Sequence record: SRR22947727_864
Length of the DNA: 62,621 nt
Strand: one strand, 5' to 3'
Below the pieces are notes generated by a model. It ran no database searches. It saw only the letters and a list, made by a program, of their open reading frames with translations, and had not been told where the DNA came from. Position 1 is the stretch's first letter; each line of letters starts with the position of its first letter. Made by a program: the position numbers and the translations under genes. Shown here one piece after another: positions 49,166-57,926 of the stretch.

Positions 49166-51216
49166 GTAAATCAATCGTTATTGGTGTCGATGTTGGCGGC
49201 ACATTCACCGACACGTTGGCGCTTGATGAGGCGACTGGCGCCGTCAGAGTTGAAAAGGTTCCCTCTACCAAGGGCGATCAATCCAACGGATTTCTAAGCG
49301 GTATTCTGGCGGCAACCGATCATGATCTCAGTTCTGTATCCACGATCATTCACGGAACCACGGTTGCAACCAACGCTTTGTTAGAGCGCAAGGGGGCAAA
49401 GGCAGGCATCATAACCACCGAAGGGTTTCGCGACGTTCTGGAAATGCGGCGGCGCGATCGCCCTTCAACCTGGGGGCTTTGGGGGCAATTTACGCCGGTC
49501 ATTGAACGCAAATGCCGTCTGGAAGTGCCCGAACGTACCTTGGCGAATGGTACGGTTGTGAAAGATGTGGATGAAGCTTCAATTAAAGCGGCGGCGCAAG
49601 ATTTGATTGCTCAAGGTTGTGAATCTGTCTGTCTGTTTTTTATCAATGGCTATGCAAATACGGATAATGAAACCAAAGCTGCACGGATTTTGCGGCAGGT
49701 TTGGCCCAATGATTATGTCAGTGTGGCGACAGAAATCCTTCCTGAAATTCGCGAATTTGAACGTTGCTCTACGGCGAGTTTGAACGCCTATCTGCAGCCG
49801 GTTGTTGCCAATTATTTAGCGCGTTTGGAAACCCGCATTGCAGAGGATGACGCTGGCTCTGAAATATTAATCGTTCAGTCTAATGGCGGGATTATGTCGG
49901 TTGATACAGCCAAAGCGTTTCCGGTGCGCACGGCGCTGTCGGGCCCTGCTGCAGGTGTTGTGGCGGCGCGACAAATTGCCAAGGCTGCTGGTTTTGAAAA
50001 TGTGATTACCTGCGATATGGGGGGTACGTCATTTGATGTATCGCTGGTGGCCGATGGCCAAAACATGCTGACATCACAAGCCAGTATTGATTTTGGAATG
50101 GTTATCCGAACCCCGATGATTGAAATGTCAACGATTGGGGCAGGGGGCGGCTCAATCGCGCATATCGATGAAACAGGCCTGCTTGAAATAGGAACCGATA
50201 GCGCGGGCTCTGATCCCGGTCCGGCGTGCTATGGCTTGGGAAATGAACGCCCCACCGTTACAGATGCAAATTTGGTTTTGGGCCGCATTGATGCGCGCAA
50301 ACCGATCGGCAACAAGCTCGAGGCTTTGGATCGTGACGCCGCCGTGGCCGCGATAAAAACGCATATCGCTGACCCATTGGGGATGGATGTCGAAGAAACC
50401 GCAGAAGCGCTTATTAAAGTGGCCAATTCTAAAATGGCGGGCGCGATACGGCTGATTTCGATTGAGCGCGGTCATGATCCGAAAATATTTGCTGCCATGC
50501 CTTTCGGGGGCGGCGGGGCGCTTCATGCAGGGGCCCTTATGCAAGATATCGGTTTAGCAGCGGCGGTTATTCCCCGCTACCCGGGCGTAAACTCGGCCTT
50601 GGGTTGCGTGATGTCTGACCTTCGCCATGATGAAGTACGCACGTTAAATACGATGCTGGATGGCCTTAATTGCAAGGAGATAAATGGGCTGATCCAGGCG
50701 ATGACGCAGATGGGGCATTCGATCATCAAAAAATCAAAAGCGCAGTTGGTGGCAACAGAAAGCGTGATCGAATTGGATATGCTCTATATGGGGCAAACCC
50801 ACGCTGTTGCGGTGCCAATCCCCAGCGATAAGTCCATAAGCCCGGACCTTATCCGAGCTGCGTTTGAGGCAACCTATCTCAAAACCTATAGCCGATTGTT
50901 GGATCAAATCCCAATTCGAATTTTAAACCTGCGCCTGTCGGTGATTGGGACGCGTCCGCAGATTGATATTAAAATGCTGGCACGCGGAAAACGCGCTGAA
51001 AGCGTTGCAGCCTGTTACTTGGCAGATCAAAAGATATTTGCAAATGGTGCCTGGCATGACGCGGGTATTTACGACCGCCTTTTATTGCCTCAGGGCAGCA
51101 AAATTTTAGGCCCCGCGCTGTTGGTGCAGCCAGATGCAACGATTTACGTCGACCCTGGTCTGAGTGCAGAGGTTGATGATTTTGGTAATATTATTATGAA
51201 ATCAGAGGAGGATTAA
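49162..51216 (+). CDS. Hydantoinase A/oxoprolinase family ATP-binding subunit
   Basis: GVDVGGTFTD, HGTTVATNALLERKG, SGPAAG, DMGGTSFD, GAGGGS, PTVTDA. Confidence 0.94.
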   Translation: MSKSIVIGVDVGGTFTDTLALDEATGAVRVEKVPSTKGDQSNGFLSGILAATDHDLSSVSTIIHGTTVATNALLERKGAKAGIITTEGFRDVLEMRRRDRPSTWGLWGQFTPVIERKCRLEVPERTLANGTVVKDVDEASIKAAAQDLIAQGCESVCLFFINGYANTDNETKAARILRQVWPNDYVSVATEILPEIREFERCSTASLNAYLQPVVANYLARLETRIAEDDAGSEILIVQSNGGIMSVDTAKAFPVRTALSGPAAGVVAARQIAKAAGFENVITCDMGGTSFDVSLVADGQNMLTSQASIDFGMVIRTPMIEMSTIGAGGGSIAHIDETGLLEIGTDSAGSDPGPACYGLGNERPTVTDANLVLGRIDARKPIGNKLEALDRDAAVAAIKTHIADPLGMDVEETAEALIKVANSKMAGAIRLISIERGHDPKIFAAMPFGGGGALHAGALMQDIGLAAAVIPRYPGVNSALGCVMSDLRHDEVRTLNTMLDGLNCKEINGLIQAMTQMGHSIIKKSKAQLVATESVIELDMLYMGQTHAVAVPIPSDKSISPDLIRAAFEATYLKTYSRLLDQIPIRILNLRLSVIGTRPQIDIKMLARGKRAESVAACYLADQKIFANGAWHDAGIYDRLLLPQGSKILGPALLVQPDATIYVDPGLSAEVDDFGNIIMKSEED

Positions 51217-51828
51217 ATGTCTCAACATGAATTTATTCCCTCGCAAACGGCAGTGCTTATTGTCGATTTGCAGAACGATTTTTTGCACCCTGAAGGGGCT
51301 TATGGGCGCTCTGGAACCTCTAGTTCGGCGATTGCAGCTTTGCCCGAAAAGATTGGCCCTTTGCTCGATGTTGTACGAAGCGCTGGCGGTTGGATCGTTT
51401 CCACGCAGTTTACTTTGGTGCCCGGAAAACAAGGCGCGCCTTTTATCTCGACGCATCTGGAAAAATTAAGGCCGTTTCTCACGCGGGGTGATTTTAAGCC
51501 CGGTGGGTGGGGGCATAGTTTGGTCGATGAGCTTCAGCCTGCGGATATCACGATCGAAAAGGTAGCCTATTCGGCGTTTTATCAATCGCGCTTGGAGTTT
51601 GCGCTTAATCGCGCGGGGATCACAACCTTAATGGTTTGTGGAATTGTTACCAATGGCGGCGTCGCATCAACGGTGCGAGAGGCGCATGTGCGTGATTTCC
51701 ACACCATCACATTAGAGGATGGGTGTGCCGCCTTTAGTGCCGAAACCCATGATATTTCGATTGCATCACTCGCCACGGTTGGGGATGTGATCTCTATACG
51801 GGATGCCATAAATTTATTTGAAGGATGA
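51217..51828 (+). CDS. Isochorismatase-family hydrolase lacking the nucleophilic Cys
   Basis: IVDLQNDF, EK..YSAF, GIVTNGGVAST. Confidence 0.88.
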   Translation: MSQHEFIPSQTAVLIVDLQNDFLHPEGAYGRSGTSSSAIAALPEKIGPLLDVVRSAGGWIVSTQFTLVPGKQGAPFISTHLEKLRPFLTRGDFKPGGWGHSLVDELQPADITIEKVAYSAFYQSRLEFALNRAGITTLMVCGIVTNGGVASTVREAHVRDFHTITLEDGCAAFSAETHDISIASLATVGDVISIRDAINLFEG

Positions 51829-51834
51829 AAACCA

Positions 51835-53229
51835 GTGTCCGGCATTATCAGAAGAAACGAGTTTCCATCTGATATAGATGTTGATTGCCTTGTCATTGGC
51901 GGCGGCGCCGCGGGCCTGACGGCGGCTCTTGCCGCGCAGGAGGCGGGCGCGACGGTTCTGATCGCCGAGCGTGAAACGCGCCTGTCGGGTTCAACCGCGC
52001 TGTCATCTGGGCTAATTCCCGCAGCCGGGACCCGTGCCCAGCAGGCGCAACAAATCGATGACAGCGAAGATATTTTTTGTAGTGATGTTTTGAACAAAAA
52101 CCATCACAGCGCGGATCCAATTTATGTCCAACAAATCGTTCAGCAAATTTCTAAAACGATTGATTGGCTCTCTGGCAGCTATAATATACCTTTCCATGTT
52201 TTGGATAACTTTCTTTATCCGGGGCATAGCAATCATCGGATGCATGCGGTGCCTGAAACCACTGGGATTGGGCTTGTAAACCGGCTTGAAGCTGCCGTTA
52301 CCGCTAAAGATATTTTGGTTGTAACTGATGCTCTCATCACGGATCTTATTGTGGATCAAAATGATATGGCGTTGGGCGCTATATGCCAACGGCCCAATAA
52401 GGATGTTGAACATATCGCGGCGTCATCTGTGATTTTGGCCTGTAACGGGTATGGCGGAAATCCAGATTTGATTTCAGAGCATATTCCTGAGATGAAAGAT
52501 GCATTGTATTTTGGCCATCCCGGAAATCAGGGGGAAGCGATCATTTGGGGTGCAGCTTTGGGGGCTGAGCTTGCGCATCTGTCAGGGTATCAGGGCCATG
52601 GATCGGTTGCACATCCGCATGGCATTTTGGTGACATGGGCTTTGATGATGGAAGGTGGAATTCAAATCAACAAGAATGGCCTGCGCTTTTCAAATGAACA
52701 TCAAGGCTATTCCGAGCAAGCAGTATCGGTAATTGGGCAACCTGATCAAGTTGCTTTTAACATATTTGACCAGCGGCTTTTGGAGTTGGGGCGGGGCTTT
52801 GATGATTTTGTAAAGGCTGAAGAAAATGGCGCGGTTTTGCGCGCCGAGAGCTGCGATGCGCTTGCAAAAATGCTGGCAATAGACCGCGTGGCGCTGGAGC
52901 ATACATTGAAAGAATGCCAAAGCTATGCGTCACAAGAAATTCCTGATCCCTTCGGGCGTCGTTTTAAACCCGAAAAAATGCTTAAGCCGCCCTATTACGC
53001 GGTTAAAGTGACTGGAGCGCTTTTTCACACGCAAGGCGGGTTGAAGGTGAATGCGCGCGCTCAGATTCAAAAGCCAGATGGTATAGCGTTTGAAAATATC
53101 TTTGCCTGCGGCGGAGCTGCCTGTGGCGTATCAGGCCCGGATGTATCGGGCTATTTGTCGGGCAATGGATTGTTAACCGCGTTGAGCCTTGGTGAGATTG
53201 CAGGGCGCTTTGCAGGAGGGCGTGTTTAA
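51835..53229 (+). CDS. FAD-dependent oxidoreductase (fumarate reductase/KstD/TcuA flavoprotein family)
   Basis: IGGGAAG, SGSTALSSG, GLRFSNE, TQGGL, GYLSGNGL. Confidence 0.9.
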   Translation: MSGIIRRNEFPSDIDVDCLVIGGGAAGLTAALAAQEAGATVLIAERETRLSGSTALSSGLIPAAGTRAQQAQQIDDSEDIFCSDVLNKNHHSADPIYVQQIVQQISKTIDWLSGSYNIPFHVLDNFLYPGHSNHRMHAVPETTGIGLVNRLEAAVTAKDILVVTDALITDLIVDQNDMALGAICQRPNKDVEHIAASSVILACNGYGGNPDLISEHIPEMKDALYFGHPGNQGEAIIWGAALGAELAHLSGYQGHGSVAHPHGILVTWALMMEGGIQINKNGLRFSNEHQGYSEQAVSVIGQPDQVAFNIFDQRLLELGRGFDDFVKAEENGAVLRAESCDALAKMLAIDRVALEHTLKECQSYASQEIPDPFGRRFKPEKMLKPPYYAVKVTGALFHTQGGLKVNARAQIQKPDGIAFENIFACGGAACGVSGPDVSGYLSGNGLLTALSLGEIAGRFAGGRV

Positions 53230-53421
53230 AAACTTAGCCGTTACCATCGGAACGGGTCTCCGATTAGCCTAGTGTATTCGTGGATCTCGAAGAGAGTACG
53301 CATTTGAGCATTATTTATTATCTTTGAGTTTGAACGTCGATTTTTACCCTTAAAAACAATTGCAAAAAAAATAAAAACCGGTCAGCCTTACATCTTAAAT
53401 TTTCATGCAAGGGGCGCAAAA

Positions 53422-54114
53422 ATGAAGATTATTTGGTTGGGCCATGCATCTTTTAAAATAGAGATCGCGCAGCAGGTTTTATTGGTTGATCCGTGGCTCA
53501 CTGGAAACCCCATTTTGCCGGAAGAAAAGCATGCAGAGGCGATACAGGGCGCCACCCATATTTTGCTAACGCATGCACATTTCGATCATATCTGCGATAC
53601 GCTGCCGATCGCGAAGGCTAAAAATATACCTATTGTCGGGCAAGTTGATCTGATCAGTCATTGGGTGAAAACTGAAGCAATCGAAGGTATCGGGTTTAAT
53701 AAGGGTGGAACAGTGATGTTGGGAGATGTTGCTGTAACGATGGTGCATGCGGTGCACAGCTCAACAATTTCTGGGCAAGGTGGGCCTCACTGTGTTGGAA
53801 GCGAATGTGGATTTATGATCTCTGCTGAAGGGCACACGATTTATATTTCTGGTGATACGGATGTGATGGCTGATATGCAGATTTTTAATGATCTTCACGC
53901 CCCCGATATCGGCATCTTATCGGCGGGGGGGTATTTCACCATGGATATGAAGCGCGCAGGCTATGCAGCTACAAAATTTTTTGATTTTCAAACTATTATT
54001 CCCTGCCATTACAAAACGTTCCCAGTTCTTGAGCAATCTGCGGATAATTTGATTAAGGCGGTTCCAAATGCGCGGGTGATTGAGCCCGAGCTATTGGTTC
54101 CTATTCATATTTAA
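53422..54114 (+). CDS. Metal-dependent hydrolase, metallo-beta-lactamase fold (UPF0173-like)
   Basis: WLGHA, DPWLTGNP, THAHFDH, AVHSS, SGDT, PCHY. Confidence 0.92.
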   Translation: MKIIWLGHASFKIEIAQQVLLVDPWLTGNPILPEEKHAEAIQGATHILLTHAHFDHICDTLPIAKAKNIPIVGQVDLISHWVKTEAIEGIGFNKGGTVMLGDVAVTMVHAVHSSTISGQGGPHCVGSECGFMISAEGHTIYISGDTDVMADMQIFNDLHAPDIGILSAGGYFTMDMKRAGYAATKFFDFQTIIPCHYKTFPVLEQSADNLIKAVPNARVIEPELLVPIHI

Positions 54115-54179
54115 ACTTCCCGCAGTGCGCGCTTTATGTGCAATTCCTGGTCGCTTAGATAGCTATTATAACGTGTTAA

Positions 54180-54780
54180 ATCAGACGGCTGGGTAATGCT
54201 GAAAATGCGGATACTCTTAAACTGCAAGACATGCGGATCGTCTTTGCGCAGTTCATTTTCTCACCATCCAAGCTTTTGCAATTGCGGAGGTGATTAAAAT
54301 GCTTTGCGCTGGGCAGAGGCCCTGAGTTTATGCTGGCGAAAGGTATTTTTGGCTGAATTGTGGGTGATGATCTTTTCACCTGCCAGATCGTCAAAAAACG
54401 TGAAACCGCTTGCATGCTTTGGCTGGCAGCTGATAGCTGGGCTTTGATTTTTGGTGACTATGGGGGGACGTAAATTTTCCTATCGCGCGCCCTGTGATTT
54501 GTGATGGGAAGAGGGTGTTTTGAATGCCCAACTCGCGTAACATCTTCTTCGAATGCATATGTTCTTCGTGTTTATGCTTTGAGGCATGGCTCAAGATCTT
54601 CTATTTAGCTTTACCAAGCTTCAGTCTCAGCGGCATTTGTTGAAACCCTTAATGTCAGGTTTCAACAGTTTTGCGCGGCAGAGTTGCTGCTGGATCTTCA
54701 CCATTGCTGACTTTAGCCTTGAGCTGCGCAACGCGCAGGCTGGCTTCGTGAGGCGAGAGCAGGGGAGGATTGCGCAAATG
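54180..54780 (-). pseudogene. Heavily decayed tyrosine integrase remnant (boundaries approximate)
   Basis: Ordered fragments PLLSPHEASLRVAQLKAKVSNGEDP (arm-binding-like), LG..TLFPSQIT, AVSRF/FDDLAGEKIITHNSA, RKAF*SPPQLQKL, with stops and frameshifts. Confidence 0.5.
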
Positions 54781-54996
54781 AGAGGTACCCCCTGACATAG
54801 AAATACACAACGCGGTTTCGCTCATTATAATTATACGCAGGTTTTCGGGCGGGGTTTTGGCCCGTGGTGGGATGCGGGGCGCTGTGACGGGTGCTTAGTG
54901 TTACTTTTATGTATTTTCAACCGGGGCCATTGTTAATTCTGATTTCACAAAGGTCTGCTTTGGGTTATTATTGCACAACATCAAGGGAGAAAAAGG

Positions 54997-55449
54997 TTGA
55001 AACATCAAGGTTCTTGTCTTTGTGGTCAGTTTCAATTCGAAAGCGACTTAGACCCAATGTTGATTATTCAATGCAATTGTATGAATTGCCGGAAATTATC
55101 GGGCAGCTATCAGTTAGGCTGCTTATATGCGGTTACTGAGATCACGCAATCCGGTGAAACGGATACCTATCAGTTTGAAGGTGGCAGTGGTTATTTAAAT
55201 ACGGCGCATTTTTGTAAAAAGTGTCATGTTCGTTGTAAAACCCATCCTGCGCCTGAAGTGATGGAAGGCATGGTTGGCATTCCATTAGGGCTGTTTAAAA
55301 CAGCAAAAGACCTGTCGCCAAAAGCCGAAATCTGGACATCAGAGAAGCTGCCATTTCTTGGAACAGATCAATGCATTTCAGAAAGTTTTGAGGATAGCGG
55401 TATCGCAGAGCGTCTGATGGCGATGTTAGAAAAGATGGAAGATCGCTAA
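54997..55449 (+). CDS. GFA/CENP-V family protein
   Basis: GSCLCG, CNCMNCRK, HFCKKC; AGGGAG RBS, TTG start. Confidence 0.9.
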   Translation: MKHQGSCLCGQFQFESDLDPMLIIQCNCMNCRKLSGSYQLGCLYAVTEITQSGETDTYQFEGGSGYLNTAHFCKKCHVRCKTHPAPEVMEGMVGIPLGLFKTAKDLSPKAEIWTSEKLPFLGTDQCISESFEDSGIAERLMAMLEKMEDR

Positions 55450-55455
55450 GAAAAT

Positions 55456-55839
55456 ATGCCTACTCCAATCATCTGGTTTTTGATGGCGCTCGCTCTGTCG
55501 CTGTCGCTATGCGTGCCAAGCAAAGCTTTTGCAGGCGCGCATGCGTTAGAACTGGCTTTGGAGACGTGCAATAACACAGAAGCTTTTGCAAAATTTGTTA
55601 TAGAAAAAAGAAACGGCGCGAGACCTTTCAGCTATTATAACCGCATAGAACTGGGAAGCCCTGCCGCCTGGGAAATAATCATGGATGCCTATGAATCACG
55701 GGTGGTGACCGGATTTGAAGAAAAGCAAAACCTGGCTTTAGAGTTCTCTCAAAAATGGTTTGAGCAATGCGTCGCGCTTAGTTGTAGCGGGTTTTGGGAA
55801 AATCTTGAGGCTGATTTGCAGCGCGTCTGGAGCGATTAG
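55456..55839 (+). CDS. Hypothetical exported protein
   Basis: Signal peptide ending AFA; Cys near both ends of the mature part. Confidence 0.65.
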   Translation: MPTPIIWFLMALALSLSLCVPSKAFAGAHALELALETCNNTEAFAKFVIEKRNGARPFSYYNRIELGSPAAWEIIMDAYESRVVTGFEEKQNLALEFSQKWFEQCVALSCSGFWENLEADLQRVWSD

Positions 55840-55840
55840 T

Positions 55841-56026
55841 TCAATCGGCTATCTGCTGCTCGCTTTTCATTCTGATATGGCGGGTTGGAAGATAGGCTTT
55901 ACTGCTGCCAACGATTTTTAAGTTTTCGTTCGCATCGAGGTATTGCTGAAGTTTTTGCTCGCTTTTAAAGGCCATATCAAAAGCATCGCCGTTTCGTTCA
56001 TTCAATAGTGTGTAATTCAACATCAT
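55841..56026 (-). CDS. Hypothetical microprotein, 61 aa
   Basis: AGGAG RBS; ATG overlaps the upstream TGA (ATGA). Confidence 0.65.
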   Translation of the reverse strand: MMLNYTLLNERNGDAFDMAFKSEQKLQQYLDANENLKIVGSSKAYLPTRHIRMKSEQQIAD

Positions 56027-56217
56027 AAATCTCCTGTCTTGGTGGGCGCGTTGACCTCTAACTCGGCGGTTATTTGGGCTTTTAATAGCATGGCTTTCAC
56101 CATTTTTTCGGTGCTTGTCAGCGCGCTCCAATCGACGGTATTTGGTGCGCACATTCCGCAATCGCAAGGCGTTTGATCGCGACCTGAAAACCCACGGAAA
56201 GAAGCGGATGGAATCAT
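56023..56217 (-). CDS. Hypothetical microprotein, 64 aa, with a CDCGMC motif
   Basis: ATG directly follows the upstream TAA; stop overlaps the next ATG. Confidence 0.55.
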   Translation of the reverse strand: MIPSASFRGFSGRDQTPCDCGMCAPNTVDWSALTSTEKMVKAMLLKAQITAELEVNAPTKTGDL

Positions 56218-56418
56218 TTAACCCGCTCTCTCATGCGCTAGGTCCAATTGTAAAAACTGCGCCAAATATTCTCCGGAGCGTGTCAGTCCATTTGTCTCGT
56301 CAAAATAGCCAGATAAACGCCCGTAATGCATCGCTTGCTCTCTGTCTGTATTCTTTGTTTTTTTAAAACAATGCTGCAGAACCACCTCTGTGCTTTTGAT
56401 GTTGCTATATGCGTTCAT
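56218..56418 (-). CDS. Hypothetical microprotein, 66 aa
   Basis: AAGGGA RBS before ATG 56418. Confidence 0.62.
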   Translation of the reverse strand: MNAYSNIKSTEVVLQHCFKKTKNTDREQAMHYGRLSGYFDETNGLTRSGEYLAQFLQLDLAHERAG

Positions 56419-56455
56419 ACTATTTCCCTTAAGGTTGACGATGCGATTGGTCGGT

Positions 56456-56584
56456 TCAAGCCGCGTCTTTTTTTGCAGCCTGTTTCGCGTCCCAGGCGGC
56501 TTTCTTTTCAAGGTACTGATCTTCATCTAGTTTGTGCCAGCCAACACATTTTCCGGTTGGCGAACGACCACAATTGCAACTCAT
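56456..56584 (-). CDS. 42-aa CDGSH-like 3Cys-1His microprotein
   Basis: MSCNCGRSPTGKCVGWHKLDEDQYLEKKAAWDAKQAAKKDAA; GGAG RBS; not in the ORF track. Confidence 0.72.
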   Translation of the reverse strand: MSCNCGRSPTGKCVGWHKLDEDQYLEKKAAWDAKQAAKKDAA

Positions 56585-56772
56585 ATCCATCTCCATTTTC
56601 ATAGGGCCTAGCTTTGCTCCAAAGCGCATGTTTTCACCCGCGACCCCTGCTACATCTTATATAGAATACGCCAGCGATAAGATTTTGGATCATTTATCGC
56701 TCTGGCGTTGTGTATCTTAGGCAATCAAATTAAGTTTGCGAAAAACTGGAACTTGAAGCTTTTACAAAAGGT

Positions 56773-57141
56773 GTGACGTTGGAAATTAAAGGAAAGATTG
56801 TTGAATTATTGCCCTTAAAATCGGGGCAATCGGCCAATGGTGAATGGCGCAAACAAGAATATGTTTTGGAAACGGACGCTAATTATCCCAAAAAGATTTG
56901 CTTTATGGCTTGGGGTGATAAAATTGACCAGTTCAATATTAACAAGGGTGACCAAGTAGAAGTTTCTATCGATCTTGAAAGCCGGGAATATAATGGCCGT
57001 TGGTACACGGATGTGAAAGCCTGGAAAGTATCTAAAGATGGTCAGGGTGCTGACGGTCCGGGACGCTTTGACAATCAAGATGCTTATCCTCCAGCGCAAT
57101 CTGGCAGCGGGTCTTTTGAGGATGATGAAATTCCCTTTTGA
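56773..57141 (+). CDS. DUF3127 family OB-fold protein with SSB-like acidic tail
   Basis: LEIKGKI, WRKQEYVLET, YPKKICF, ESREYNGRWYTDVKAWK, C-terminal DDEIPF. Confidence 0.88.
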   Translation: MTLEIKGKIVELLPLKSGQSANGEWRKQEYVLETDANYPKKICFMAWGDKIDQFNINKGDQVEVSIDLESREYNGRWYTDVKAWKVSKDGQGADGPGRFDNQDAYPPAQSGSGSFEDDEIPF

Positions 57142-57543
57142 TGGGCCTATCCTCGCATCCGCAGAGAGAAGGCAGCGCCGCTTTCAATAGTGCGCTGTTG
57201 CAAAGTGGATTTGCTTTATGTTTTTTTGAGTGCTGGGCTGTGTCCAAGCCTTGGTTACATGGGCGGTTTGAACCGTGCGCTCTGATGATCGAATGTGTTG
57301 AAATTGATGCGATCACACGGGCTGCGTTTTTGATCAAGCGCGCAAGCTGCTTTTTCAGCATTGAAGAAAAGTGAGGGCGGTGTTCTGCCGCGCCCTCGAG
57401 GTCGGGGCAAATTGTTCGATGGGCCGCCTGCACCATAATAATGGGCAAGACGAACCGGGTGTTGCTGTGGAATATCAACCAAGCCACCCCAAAGATCTTA
57501 CCCGCTTCGCGCGCAACATTAATTTTTTTGTAAATAGGTGTTT

Positions 57544-57565
57544 TGGTGGAGCCTAGGGGGATCGA
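57544..57565 (-). repeat. att site: isolated 3' end of tRNA-Ala (TCGATCCCCCTAGGCTCCACCA)
   Basis: T-loop half, T-stem, Ala acceptor strand GGCTCC-A-CCA; no tRNA 5' part; abrupt AT-rich sequence follows. Confidence 0.85.
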
Positions 57566-57666
57566 CATATTTTAATATATAAATATAAATTTACCTATAT
57601 TTAACAATTTAAAACAATGTTTTAATTATAAATTTATGTTAAAATTTTTTGACATACATATATACG

Positions 57667-57687
57667 TACACCCCTAAATACACCCCT
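57667..57687 (+). repeat. Tandem direct repeat TACACCCCT x2, probable integrase arm-type sites
   Basis: Copies at 57667-57675 and 57679-57687, about 100 bp inside the att core after an AT-rich spacer. Confidence 0.55.
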
Positions 57688-57926
57688 TTTTGGGAGATTA
57701 AACTTGACTTTTATATCCATTAAAGTATAACTTTGCGTATCAAGCATAGATGGGAAGCGGCAATACCTAGCCCTAGCTTGATCACAAATCTGTAAGCCCT
57801 CAAGGTTGGCCACGCGCTGCGATGAGACCATTGAGTACGCCACGAGATCCCAAAAAATAAAATGTAGGACGCAATAATCGGCGTTTCTGAATGCTGTTCA
57901 TAAGCGCAGCAGAAAGATGATCTGAC

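Noticed and set aside
57142-57543. Short ORFs on both strands between DUF3127 and att
   Set aside because: No convincing RBS or motif; probably decayed sequence
57544-57620. Intact tRNA-Ala gene
   Set aside because: Only the last 22 nt are present; the adjacent sequence is AT-rich and forms no anticodon or D arm
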